Shown piece by piece: positions 25,201 to 37,676 of a stretch of DNA of 64,000 bases. Positions within the stretch are counted from its first letter, which is position 1, and every line of letters begins with the position of its first letter. This stretch comes from Paraspadella gotoi (lineage: Eukaryota > Animalia > Chaetognatha): the NCBI GenBank assembly GCA_051294375.1, contig CM119268.1:21968010-22032009 (forward strand), in the 5' to 3' direction. The notes under the pieces are model-generated. The model saw only the letters and a list, made by a program, of their open reading frames with translations, was not told where the DNA came from and did no database searches. Both the position numbers and the translations under genes were made by a program.

Positions 25201-28200
25201 AAGAAAATTCCCTGCGGGAAGCATGAGGATGGCCGTAAACCGCCATGAGGGCGTGGGAAACTCCAAAGAAAGATTCCAGCCCGGGACCCATCCCCAACTC
25301 CCAATGCTTGTGAGGGGACTAAAGAAGTTACATATCGTATTAGTTGGCTTCAGCCCTCTTCCTGCTTTAATTTAATATTCTACTAATCTTGATTTACAGT
25401 TTTTTAACGATTCTTTTCTGTGACATCATCAATCGGAAATATGACAATTATTTCTCCAATTGACATAATGATAATCCACACTTTATCCTCCCTATTTATC
25501 TCTCCCTCCTTCCCTCCACCTTACCAGGTCCCGTCAGTGTAGTGTTGACCAAAATCCTGACCCTTTGCCCGACGAAGACCGACTCGAAGGACTGACTCCA
25601 ATCTTCCGCGTCAACCAATTGAATGAAGGATCCCACCAACACGTCGCCCGCGTTCACCTCGATCGAGGCTTCCTTCGGGCTGAAGGATGTCAGGACGGGA
25701 TGGTTGGATGTGAGGGAATTGATTGAATTGATGGTTGAATGGAGTTGATTGGATGAAAGGGGGATGGTTGGATAACTTTTGGTTTTTGGTGGGAATTTGG
25801 ATAGTTTAATGGAGCGTGCTGATTGAGGTTAGAGATTAGAGAAGGTAAGAGGAGTTGCGATGAAAAGAAAATATAATAATTATTAGTTTTCTCTAGCACT
25901 ATTTCCCAAATGCGCCCCATGAACTCAATCCTAATTTAAAAAAAAATATTTAACCCAATCTTTCACCTGTAAAATCTTATTTAATTCCCTTATCCATAAC
26001 CCAAATCTCAAACCTTATCCTTTAAATATAAAACTTTAATCCTAATCCGTAAGAAAATTTTGAATTAAATCTCAAACCTAATCTTAAACCTTTATCTAAT
26101 CCTTATTATAATCCTTTACTTAATCCCTAACCCCCCCAACCTAATCTTTTAATTTCCTTAAAATTAAACTTACGCAAACTGAGGTAATTCTGAATTTCAG
26201 CCGAAATGGGGCACTTTTAAAAAATAAGGCCAAAGCGGCGATGAGCGTGCGAATATTTGAAATTAATAGAAAATTTATAGCTTATTATAAAAGAAAATCA
26301 AAGTTAATCTTTCTCGCGCGTGCGTCAATTCTTGCTCACATGACTTCTCCGACTGTGATAGGATCCCAATATCCTTCTCCCGTCAACGTGTAGGCGCAGC
26401 TCAACGGATAGACGCGATCCTCTTCCGTTTCCGTGGTCCAGTGTTGGCGCGCCAATAGGTTGAAGGTGTAAGTGTTGTCTTTTTCGATCATGGAAAAGTT
26501 TTGACAATCCGTTTGAAGGTTGAACTTGATCTCGGCCCTGAAGAGGAGAAGAATATTTAGATGAATGATAGATTTCTGGGATGATTTTTGTCAATCGGGT
26601 TTTAGGGGGGGAGGGAGAAATTCGGGAATTAACCAATCAGCTCGAATCAGTTAATAGTCTTAGAATGTAAATTGATGTAGATTGCTGAAGTTTACGAACG
26701 GAAAACGGAACAATACATTCAATATAGTCTAACTTCTAAAGCCAATCCGATGACCCCTTTACCCTGAAAGGGAGTCAAATTAAGTAAAGTTTGGTCTAAC
26801 AAACAAACATTGTCCCTTCACCCCCCAGGAGTTAAAGACATCGGCCCCAGTAAATCCTTAGACCTTTCCTCGCTCCACCCCGTTACCTAGCAGTTTGGCT
26901 CCTGCACTTGGAGTGTATCGAACCCGACGGCTCTAACTCGTAGCCTTTGACGGCGATGAGATCAAAGTAGAGTGGATTGACGGTTACGTTGAAGTCCCGA
27001 TCGCAGAAGATGGTCACTGGTGGAGAGAGGAATTATTAAATGGATTAATAAATAGATTTATAATTAAATCAAAATAAATTGATAAATGGAGAAAATAGGT
27101 AGAATAAAATGTAACTATGTTTCTGTTTGTGATAAATTACGATAATTAACATTGATTAACATTTAGATAGAATCATATTTCAAAATAAAAAACAGTAAAA
27201 AACGCGCTTCTAAACTTTCAACCCAATGAAAAAAAAACACTATTGACGGAAATAGAATTATATATAAAATTGGTACAACCTGTATAAAATTATCCATTTA
27301 TTTAATGAATAACTATCTTGGCACTAAGTTTTGACAGGCTATTGTGGGTTAAGTGTTATCATTTATGAGTTTTTTCATTTTTCACACCCATAAATTAATT
27401 TCAATTTATAGATAAATAACTTAAGATAGCAATACTAGCTATAGCCTCTTCTTTTTCCTTGTAGTACAAGTTGTACATCCACCGACTGTCTTCCGTCTTC
27501 ATACCGTTTTTGGGCGGCGGCGGCGTGGGCGGCATCAACGCCTCGCACAGCGCCGTCACGTTTCCGGTTGCGTTGACGCATTCATAGATGTAGACGCCGA
27601 GACTGGCGCAGGAGAAGCCGCTTCCGGTGCAGCAGACGCAGGATTTGGCTGCTGGCGACGAGGCCAGCGGCGCTAAGGGGGCGGTCACGTTGTCGGGCGG
27701 GGACGTAGGGCAATCGCATCCTCGGTGGGAGTCGGTGAGATCGGAAACGCGACAGACAGCATCGCGTTCGGCGACGGAAGCGGAGGATCTGAAAAGAATA
27801 GAATAAAATTTTGGTTGATTGTAGTAATACAAAAATAATACAAGATTAAAGTAAAAAGTAAAAACCTGTAGCACATTTCTCCAGCAGCGTTTGGGCATTG
27901 GGATCCACCTGGATTGCAGCATCTGCAACCTGCGGTAATGTCTGTGTTGGGGTGAAGGAACTGGAGGAAGGAAAGGTGAGTTTATCTCACAACATGTGCA
28001 TTGATAATTCTTTGACGCAGCAGCATTCTGTATAAAATTTTTATTGACACTATTGTGGAGGATGATTCCACGAGCAGTTCCACGTAAGGTCCCGATCTTT
28101 GGTCTGTCACTACTGGACCAGTAGACCTACCAGTAGTACTGGTGGGTTAGACGCCCTGTTGTGCTTTCTTGAGTGAATCAGCAGGGCGCAAACTTAAGTC

Positions 28201-31200
28201 CTTTAGGTTGGTACTGCTGATTCTCGGACAATTAGTGGGGTATGTAATACTACCACTATACAACTTTCTAAAAGACCCCTATTTCTATTATAGCAACAGG
28301 TAAACGTATATGATGCCTGGGGTGTAAGCATCTCCCAACAGCTAGCGTTCAGGGTTTTGGACCTGTAGTGACCACCCCATGCCACTAGCGTATTTATGCC
28401 AAAACTATCACACTTTAACCAGCGTGACTGTAAGGGGATTGAATCCGGATCTCACGGTTGGTGAATGAGTACTTAGCTGACCAAGCCAATGGGATGAGCT
28501 AAGTTTCACCAAGCTATACGGGAAGCGAATTTAGGATTTTCCACACTATCTTTATTTTTATCCTAATTTTTGCAAAAAACCTTATTTTTTACAAAATACT
28601 TTATACAATCCTCAACCCTAACTTAATCCTAAACCCTAATTCTATTCCCTAACACTAATCCCCAACCTTATCTCTAAACCATTAACCTTTAGCCAAAACT
28701 TAATCCCTAACCTTAATCCTTAACATAATCCTAACCCTAATCCCAATAATTCTAAACTTGGTGCCCAGTAATGTATAGAAATAAAAAATAAATTTATACA
28801 TGTATTTTTATATATTTTTATTTTCAAGTTCTTTGTGCTAAATTTTAGGAAGTTTTATTAATTTCATATCACCCTAATGCATAGCCATATGTAATGTAAC
28901 TCACAATGTAGCTCTCCGTGCGGCAGATGCAGGAAGTAAAGGAGCTCGTGAAAGAGGGATCGTTAACCGCGAGCGTGACCGGAGCCACCGTCGTCGCTTC
29001 CGTCGCAGCAGAGGACGCTGCCGCCGTCAATGCGCGTCCGCTGGAATCCGTCGGCACCGGCGTCGTTGTCACTGCACAGGAGAATCAATTTGAAAAGTTT
29101 TGTTCTTATATTTTGAAATCACTTAAAATTCAAGCATGTAAAGATTTTGTATTTACAATTGATTCACTTTGGCCAAATTGCCACTGTCCGTCCTCAACCT
29201 TGAATCAATGGCTGCATGGTCTAAATTATTTCGCCTCAACGGAGCTCGTGGGGTTCAACAGGACGGGACAGATTTAAACATTCCAGTGACCTGCGTCAGA
29301 CACCGAGGGTCAGCAACCCCTAAGCCTGTTGGTGACATAACCCGCGCCTCGGGTAGCATAAAAATTCATACTGTTGCCCAATTACGATGAATTGGGTTTC
29401 ATACGAAGCCACATAGACTCGGTTACTCACGTCTTGCGGGACAAGTTTCTGAGTTTAAGACGCAAACGTTCGGTCTTTCCCAGAGTTCCCACGTTGAATT
29501 AGAGCAAGACTTCATTGTCGCGTCGTTGGTGCAACATTCGCAATTAGTTGCCGCTGAGTTGTCTCTACAAGCACATCCGCTGTGGGATGAAGTGAACGCG
29601 TCGAACCAACATTCCGATTTTGTTGGATCTTTCTCGTCGGTGAGAACACAGAATTCTCCGTGATAGCAGAGTTTCCCCGAGCTCCCAGCTTTGCAGCATG
29701 CGCAAGTAGAGGTGAGTAGTCGACCGCTGGGATTGATATAATCCCCCGTGTATCCTGGGTCTAGAAACGACATGGCTGGGTTGCCACCCTTGTAGCAATC
29801 GCAAGTCAATGTTGCGTCTGTGTAAGGATTTGTGTAAGGGTTGGTTGAACGCCGAACGCGACGAGAGGCTGAAGATAGTAAAAAGTTTAATCATTAGTAA
29901 TTTATTAATCTCATTCTGGCGGACTTTTTAGTCAGCAGTAGAAATGTTGATCTTGATGAAATATGTTATAAAAGTTTTAGGATTTTTTAAAAATTTTTTT
30001 AGATTTAAAAAGTTCATAATTTTATTATGGTTATAAACTTTTGTTATCAAAAATAATATTGATACTTGGCTCTCTTTTCCCAAATCTCTTCATTTCTTCA
30101 TTCCTGAACTTGATTTTAACTCTAATATTTAACTAAATAATATCATTAACCCTAAACCCTAACCTTAACCTATTACTTAACCATAATCTTTAATCCCTAA
30201 TCTTTAACTCTATTCCCTAATCCTAATAATCATTAACCTAATCCCTCCCTTCATCTTTAACCAAATCTTTAAACTTAAAAACTAATTTAACATGAAAAGG
30301 GGCCTTCTGGGAAAATAAGGCTTCGTTTATTAAACTGCCTTGCTCACTCAAAACGTCGTCGTAGCCAGTAATGTCGATGACCATATGTTTGGACGAAACG
30401 TTTTTGACGAAAGAGACGAACTTCTGGACGTCGGACAAAAAATGGAATCCTATGGCATCGCCAAGGGAGGGAAGGCGCCAATCTGGAAATATTAGGACAG
30501 ATGGAATAAATTATAATATACATATATTTTAGATTTTAATCTTTTTAACACCATATTTTTATAGATACATTCCCCCCTCAAATTTTTAAAAAGCCCAAAA
30601 AGGCCAGTGTATTTTTCAAAAACCCGGCTAAAGTCCGGTCATTTCAAATTTTAAGCCTAGCAGATTCGAAAAACGAAAGTTTTTAGTATTTTTACAAAGA
30701 TTATATTACAATTTAAACATGTTTCGACTCTTGTCTTGTTCGAGTCTTTATCAGCATTGCTAAAAACGTTTTTCGAATCTGCTAATCTTATGAACAACGA
30801 AAAGAGAGAAAATACGCAATTTTAAGCCTTTAATTTATCATTACTCATTATAATTATTTTTTTTAGAGAAAACAAAGTGTTTTTGAATTTGTGACAACGA
30901 TTTATTTTAATTTTTTTAGATTCGTATTAACATAAAATTAGCTCAGGTATAATTTTCTTAGAAATAGATCAATTTTCAAAATATTTATTATTTAAGTATG
31001 ATTACCAAAATTATTTTCAAATGGGTTCAAGTTACAAAACCCTTTTCCCTCTCACCAAAATAGCGTTTTTCTCCTCCTCCTTCTCCTCCTCTTCTCTCCA
31101 ACATAATTTCTCATAAACGTTCGTCCACAAAGTTTTGTTTTTGCTTCCGATAATAATCGATTGGAAGAGACTTGGCCGGTTGTTGTTGTTGTCGTCGTTG

Positions 31201-32723
31201 TTTTCGATGGCGTCGTTGTCGTCATGGTCACTGTCGTCGTCGTCGTCGTCGCGCCACGTGGCGACGAACGCGACTTCCGGTCGAAAATTGACGTCGATCG
31301 CTAAATGGCGTCGAAGGAGAAAAAGATCGTTGGGGTCTGGAGGGAGAGTTGGGGGAGTGGAAGAGGGTCTTGAGATAATTGCACCTTTCATGAAGGCAGA
31401 AGTCTTATAAGTTATATATAAACCTTTCATATTTAAACCAAAAGCTAATAAATTGCTAAGTGCGCTGGAGAGCGCCCCCTCGGCAGCAATGGAAATGGTC
31501 CTGTGCTTGGAACCTGGCTCGAGGGCTTTCATATTCATAAGCTATCTTGCTAATTCATAAGCTAATTCATAAGCTAATTCATAAGCTAATTCATAAGCTA
31601 ATTCATAAGCTATCTTGCTTATAAATTCTTACCCGTCGTTTCCCTGAAATGAACGACCCGTCCTCTCCTCTTCCTCTCTTCCCCCTCCTTCGCCGTCGTC
31701 CAAAGCGGCGCCAAAAAAGGCGCCAAATCCGGCGCGAAATTAGAATGGCGCCGGAATCGGAAGTCGGCGGCGCGTGAGGCGTCGAAGGAGATGACGCCGT
31801 TTTCGTGGATCTGAGGGAGGTGGAGGGGGGAAGGGGTGTGGAAGGGCGTTAGAATTTGTAAGAAAGAAAAAACAAATTTTGTTGTTTTTATTTTTTTGGT
31901 AATGTGGTTTTTTTCCTCCATTCCTCTTACAATACAATGACGGAACAAGACGAGCTTTCAATCAATATTAGTCACTAGTTGCGTCATTGTAAATAAAGTC
32001 CCGTCATTCTCATTGTGTCTTTTTAGATATTTGTCCTCTCATTCGTCGTCATCCTCGTTTCTCTAAGAAGATGGGGAAGTTGAAACTTGTCGCAATGACT
32101 CGCAATGGCCCATCTTTTCATTTTACGAGATGTTCTTTCAAGAAAAGACCCAGAGGAGAGGGAACGTGTGAGAGGGAAAGAGAGATTCCCCTTCGGCCCC
32201 TCCGTTCTTTAATTTTCCCTTATTGCCCCTCTCCTTTTTTACCCTCTCTCCCTTCCTCCATCCCTCCCCCTTTTCTTTAATTTTCCCTTCCTCCCTCCCT
32301 TCCTCTCTCCTCCCTCACCACCGCCTCCTCGTATTCTTCCCCAAAAACCCTGATCGGCCGCTCGAGTCTCTTCACGAAAATTCTCTCTTCCATCGGAATC
32401 GCGGCGTCGCCGACTTCCGCGCCGAACGGAAGCAACGACGCCGGATGGAACGACGCCGCATCGGATGACGCCGCTCGAGTCGGATCAGAATTATCGGCGT
32501 CAAAGTGAGAGTCCTCGCTCGACAAAGTCTTCAGTCCAGCCAAGTAGACGAACGGCGCAAAGACGAAAGCGACGAGAACGATGACGAAGAATAAGGTCGA
32601 GACGAAGATGAAGACGCTCAGTTTGGAATGGATCGGGCGTGACCCGGGTTCGAACCCCGGTTCGGGTAAGGTTTTGAAAGGGGGCGGGTCGATGGGACGC
32701 CGAGGAGAGGAAGGTAAGGGCAT
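22249..32723 (-). CDS. Membrane protein: N-terminal hydrophobic anchor, NIDO domain, Cys-rich region, ZP module, furin site, TM, cytoplasmic tail
   Basis: About 17 exons. NIDO motifs LLPFGAEVGD, PIRVFGEEY..IHENGVISF, FLAPLW, FRETT, FRPEVAFVATW, FQSII. RRVRR at ~29860. Cys-rich exons 29868-29431, 27960-27866, 27788-27505. ZP exons 27016-24445 (VTIFCDRDFNVTV; DC; LSCAY; VFVGQRVRI; VKKCLIS..DDSGC; VFKFP..LFIKCELRFC). RRRR ~24120, TM 23817-23633. Apparent frameshift at ~30465. 3' end uncertain (23093 or 22249). Confidence 0.85.
24250..24420 (+). repeat. Dispersed ~230-bp repeat family, diverged copy (class unknown)
   Basis: GAGTCTT..TTGAAAGCTTGCAGGG..CTATG..ATTATCTTGTAAG is shared with 44580-44810 (+), 37215-37450 (-) and partial copies at ~27270-27360 (-) and ~56230-56380 (+). 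Confidence 0.65.
25133..25360 (+). mobile_element. Diverged copy of the second tRNA-like LTR family
   Basis: TGGCTCATTGAGTAAAGCCATCAGCTCATGACC and CTGCGGGAAGC.TGAGGA.GGCCGTAA match 8234-8519. Confidence 0.7.
28054..28545 (-). mobile_element. Solo LTR (third family) with tRNA-like head
   Basis: TGTGGA...TCCACA inverted ends, 4-bp TSD CTAT. Minus strand TGGCTTGGTCAG..TACTCATTC..GGATTCAATCCC and ATAAATACGCTAGTG. Confidence 0.75.
29170..29380 (+). mobile_element. Diverged relative of the 3504-3758 LTR
   Basis: CTGTCCGTCCTCA..TCAATGGCTG..CTAAAT..GGGTTCAA..AAACATTCCAGTGAC..GAGGGTC..GTTGGTGA..CCCGCGCC..GTTGCC is colinear with LTR1. Confidence 0.7.
30659..30817 (-). mobile_element. Second hairpin-hammerhead insertion (degenerate core), 12-bp TSD
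   Basis: IR TAGCAGATTCGAAAAACG / CGTTTTTCGAATCTGCTA. Minus-strand core AATG-CTGATAA-A-GACTC...GAGTC-GAAA-CATGTT. Shared ACAACGAAAAGA tail. TSD AATTTTAAGCCT at 30647-30658 and 30818-30829. Confidence 0.7.
31534..31618. repeat. 12-bp tandem repeat (TTCATAAGCTAA)n
   Basis: About 6 copies, intronic. Confidence 0.85.
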
Positions 32724-33501
32724 GGCGACGAAGGTAAGGGACGGATATTCGAGGCAACGAAATTTCAATTCGCGACCGAATCCGAGTTTGTTCCAACTTT
32801 TCTCATTTTTTTGCTCAATTTATGAAAACCCAATTAAAATTTTTTAATTCCTTTTCCATCAAAATTTAAATTGTTTTTCTTTTTCGCTTTTGTTTTTTTA
32901 TTTTTTATTAATTTTATATGATTGTTTATTGTTTTCGTATTTTAAAAAGTTCCTGCACGACGAAAAATGTTTTCGGCTTAAATTCCTTAAAATAACGAAA
33001 ATCAAAGTTTCGTTAAAAACGTAAGTGCCCTTGACCAATCAGAAGCTTCGAATGACTCTCGTGTTCGTCATGACGTTTTTTTTTAACGCCTTGCGAGTGG
33101 TCAGTTTTTCTGTTATTGGTTCTGAATCCTGAAAGTTGATTGGCTGAGATTTCTTTTACGGAAGTGAGAAGTCGCTACTTAAAAAGGAGGAAAGTTTCGT
33201 GACGAAGTTAAGATTCGATTTATCCACTTAAGCGCACCTCCTACTAATTTTATATGTATAAACAATATGTAATAGTACAGATTATTGAAATTTTAAACAA
33301 GAATAATATGATTTCAGGAAAGCAGTTTGATTGAGTTGTTCATGTTAACCTTTCATTTTAAATAAAATATATACTATGAATATATATATATATAATGAAA
33401 TTATAATCATATTCTTAGGCGCTCAAGAGGATATAAGACATGAGATTGTCCGAAAGAAAACTCGGAAAATTTTTTTTAATATCAATTATTTTTAGGATCA
33501 G

Positions 33502-33572
<71 letters not shown>

Positions 33573-33627
33573 AGGGTAAGGCTAAGCGTGCGTCGTCGCC
33601 TTCGGTGTAATCAACGGCTATTTTATT

Positions 33628-33660
<33 letters not shown>

Positions 33661-34530
33661 AGAGTCTTTAAAGGGGAGACGCCACACTCCGGAAATTGTC
33701 GGAAAAATGAAGAGGGCGCTTGGAAACGTGCGTCAACAGGTCGAGCTGTCGTCGTTTCTAAGGAAGTCGAAGATATTTTCATCTTGAAGATGGATCTAGA
33801 GTTTTTGGGTAGATAAAGAGATGGAGAGAGAGACGAGAGAGAGAGATAGAAAGAGAGAGAGAGATTGGAGAGAGAACCAAACAAAAACTTTGTCGGAAAA
33901 GAGGCAGAGCTTAATCATGGAAATCATTAGACGACGTAATAAAAAGAACACTATCCTTTCAAACCTCTTACTAACGATCCGTTCTCATTTCAAAAAGTCT
34001 AAATGATTAAAATTATTTATTTTTATTTTATTTGTAAAGATTTTATTTATCTAAAAATTGTCACCGGTTTATTTTTGTTTTTGTTTATTTTTATTTATCG
34101 TCGCAGTTTGCTCAGGAAATGATTTAATGGTGGAAAAATCAAATCCTTTGAATCGAGGCAATAATCATTTTGGGTCGAAAGAGAGAGAATGTGAAAGAGA
34201 GAACTTGGGGCAAGAGAAGAGAAGAGAGAGAGAGAGAGTTTCCGACAAGAGAGAGAAGAAACTCTGGACTCCTATATCGTTCAAATCAAGTAAGCGTTAA
34301 TTCCGGTTTTAGAACTAACGCTTTATACAAAACCGATGAGCCCAAAGCTCTAAATATTACGCCCCTTTTCTTTTCATGATGTCACAACAAATTTTGCCGA
34401 AACAAATTTTGCCAAAAGACGAAGAAGGAAACTCGAAAACTGAAAACGAGAAGGAATTAAAGAAAAAAAAAAAGAAAATAAAGAAAAGAAAGAAAGGGAT
34501 AGCTTTTTCCCAGTTTTAAAGGCGAAATCT

Positions 34531-34840
34531 CGGCACTATTTTTCAAAAGCGTCCTATTTCTGATCCCGATCCCTCAATATAAATTTTATTTTAAAATCCA
34601 AATGATTTTTATGTTTAACCTTAACCTAATACTTAAGCGCGATCATTAATTCCGATTATTAATCCCTAACCCTAAACTAATCAAATCCTTAACCCAATTG
34701 CTAATTTTAATATTTAAACTTAATAAACTTATAAACTTATCCCTCTCTTCAACCTTTAAATTAAATCTAATTTTTAAACTTAATAACTAATTTACTTCTA
34801 AATTTAAGCGGAAATGTGTCCCTTTCGAAAAATAGTGCCG
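34531..34840. mobile_element. MITE with TIRs and degenerate (CCCTAA)n-like core
   Basis: TIR CGGCACTATTTTTC / GAAAAATAGTGCCG. 6-bp flanking duplication AAATCT. Related copies at ~5215-5348, ~25895-26232 and ~30067-30321; core-like tracts at ~28600-28760 and ~54260-54530. Confidence 0.7.
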
Positions 34841-35967
34841 AAATCTCTCGTGGCCCCGAGTTTATCTCTCCCTCTCCGCCAGTTATTCAGAATCCGTCAG
34901 AGAAAATATAAAGTGGGACATGACATTTCCCCAATCTCTGTCTCTATCTCTCTCTCTCTCTTTTTGCTTCTCTTTCTCGTTGTCCTGCTATCTTTCTCCA
35001 CCCTCCCTCTCTTTCCTTCTTTTCGCCCCTCTCTCTTTTCTTCTCCTTTCTTTATCCTCTCTCCCTCTTTCTAACCCCCTGGGCTCCTCAGTCTCTCTTC
35101 CTTCCTCTCTTTTCCACCCCGTCCCATCATCTCTCCCTTCCCTTCTCTGCCCTTTCCTCACTCCTTTTCCTCCCCTTCCCTTCATCTCTCCCCTTTTCTC
35201 CCTCCTTTTCCCCTCTCGGTCCGTTGTCCCCTAAGGGCGCGGTTAGACTCCATGTGTATTGGAAAGTGAAGGAAAAAAAAAAGAAAGAAAGTTGATGTAT
35301 TGGACAAGTTGTCTGCCTCGTATATATCGAGGGCGCGGAGGGGGTAAATAGACGCCGCAGGTATGGTAAGTAGACACGAGTGGGCGTGTCTTGCTCCAAC
35401 GACTTGTGACCTTCAGAAAAACGTTAAAGCTTCTGAATTTTATCCTTTCTTTTTTTGCCTTCGTCTTTGTATCGGGAGGTTTTCTTGTTTAAATGTGGTT
35501 TGTTTTTTTTGTTGCCAAGAGTAAAACTTTATTTAAAGATTAAAAATCTCACTGTTTTTGTTTTATTTGGATATTTTTCATTTGTTGCTTTTTGTAATTT
35601 TCTTTATGAAAATTACGAGATTACTTGTATTATTACTTCATTTAAATAATTATAAATTTATTTAGGAGAGGGATATGTTAGACCTAAAGGTGTCTTATTT
35701 AATACACAATCTCTAGTTAATAATTACTACAGATCACAGTTTTCATTTTAATATTTCGCGCCATAAATTTACTTTTATTATTAAAATAATTGTGATGAAA
35801 TTCCACCATTTCATTTTACATTCTTTTTCAAATCTCTTTCTTTCTTTCTCTTTTGTTTTTACATTTCTGTTTTACATTTTCTCTTCTCCATCCAATTTTC
35901 TGCTTCCATATTTTCTTTATGACGCTCGGGCATTCACCGGAACCGCGTTTGTTTACTAGGGCTGTTT

Positions 35968-36031
<64 letters not shown>

Positions 36032-36079
36032 GCAGTTTTGAATTCCGACGGAAGGAGAACGCTGTTTCTATTGAGGAAG

Positions 36080-36897
36080 GAAAAGGAGCGTTGTTTTGTT
36101 TGTTTCTTTAAATTTACTTTTGAGGAGCGAATGGTTGTTTTGTTTGTTCTTAAATTACTTTGAGGAGCGATTGTTTTGTTTTGTTCTTTAAATTTTAAAT
36201 TTTGAGGAGCGTTGTTTTGTTTGTTTCTTAAATTTACTTTTGAGGAGCGTTGTTTGTTTGTTTCTTTAAATTTACTTTTGAGGAGCGTTGTTTTGTTTGT
36301 TTCTTTAAATTTACTTTTGAGGAGCGTTGTTTTGTTTGTTTCTTTAAATTTACTTTTGAGGAGCGTTGTTTTGTTTGTTTCTTTTAAATTTACTTTTGAG
36401 GAGCGTTGTTTTGTTTGTTTCTTTAAATTTACTTTTGAGGAGCGTTGTTTTGTTTGTTTCTTTAAATTTACTTTTGAGGAGCGTTGTTTTGTTTGTTTCT
36501 TTAAATTTACTTTTGAGGAGCGTTGTTTTGTTTGTTTCTTTAAATTTACTTTTGAGGAGCGTGTTTTTGTTTGTTTCTTTAAATTTACTTTTGAGGAGCG
36601 TTGTTTTGTTTGTTTCTTTAAATTACTTTTGAGGAGCGTTGTTTTGTTTGTTTCTTTAAATTTACTTTTGAGGAGCGTTGTTTGTTTGTTTTCTTTAAAT
36701 TACTTTTGAGGAGCGTTGTTTGTTGTTTCTTTAAATTTACTTTTGAGAGCGTTGTTTTGTTGTTTCTTTAAATTTACTTTTGAGGAGCGTTGTTTGTTTG
36801 TTTCTTTAAATTTACTTTTGAGGACGTTGTTTTTTTTGTTTCTTTAAATTTACTTTTGAGGAGCGTTGTTCTTTTTGTTTCTTTAAATTTACTTTTG
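36080..36897. repeat. 39-bp minisatellite, ~21 copies
   Basis: Unit GAGGAGCGTTGTTTTGTTTGTTTCTTTAAATTTACTTTT, head-to-tail, no spacers. Confidence 0.95.
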
Positions 36898-37214
36898 AAT
36901 GGATTTGACGTTTAAGTAATCGGTCGCGTTTCTTGTGGTTTTAGCGAATTTACGTAGATGGCGCGGCGATGGCGGATGATCTGAGCGCCGAAATGTAAAG
37001 TGGTTTATAATTTGGTGAATAACGCCGCCTGGCGGCGCTTGTTTCGCTCATGCATATTCGACGCCGACTAACGAGTAAAAACGAACACAAAAGATTTATG
37101 GTGATAATAGTTGAGCCTTAACTTAAGGAAAAAACTGATTTTTTTTGTTTTAGTTTCAAACAATATAAGTAAAACAATATAAGACATCAGCTGTTAAATA
37201 TCAACATTATAAAT

Positions 37215-37450
37215 TGTTATGAAATTGGTACAACCAATATAAAAATTATCCATTCATTTAATAAATAAGCTATCTTGCCCCTGACTTTGGACAGGCTTTG
37301 GTGGTTTAAGGCCTCCATCACTCTTACAAGATAATGACATAGCAGGTCCCTGCAAGCTTTCAATCAAGACTCTCTCACAGTCTCGTTTATTCACTCCCAG
37401 AGTACCTGGCTTCTCTATCAATGAAGTGGTATAATATTTCAAAGAATGTT
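37215..37450 (-). repeat. Dispersed ~230-bp repeat family copy
   Basis: Reverse complement of 44580-44810. Confidence 0.8.
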
Positions 37451-37620
37451 TCAATTGTATGAAAAGACCACTCCCTTAAGTATTAGATCGGGGAATGTTT
37501 TTCCTTTATTTATTTTTATTTTTTGGTTCTTTAATCGTTTATTAAGAGTTTATGAAGAGTGGATTCGAATAAATGATTCTATGATTATGAAGTTTGAGGA
37601 AAACAAAAACAGACTGATGG

Positions 37621-37676
<56 letters not shown>

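Noticed and set aside
36080-36897. CRISPR-like array or repeat-protein ORFs
   Set aside because: Units are head-to-tail with no unique spacers, the context is eukaryotic with no cas genes, and the ORFs are by-products of the 39-bp period.
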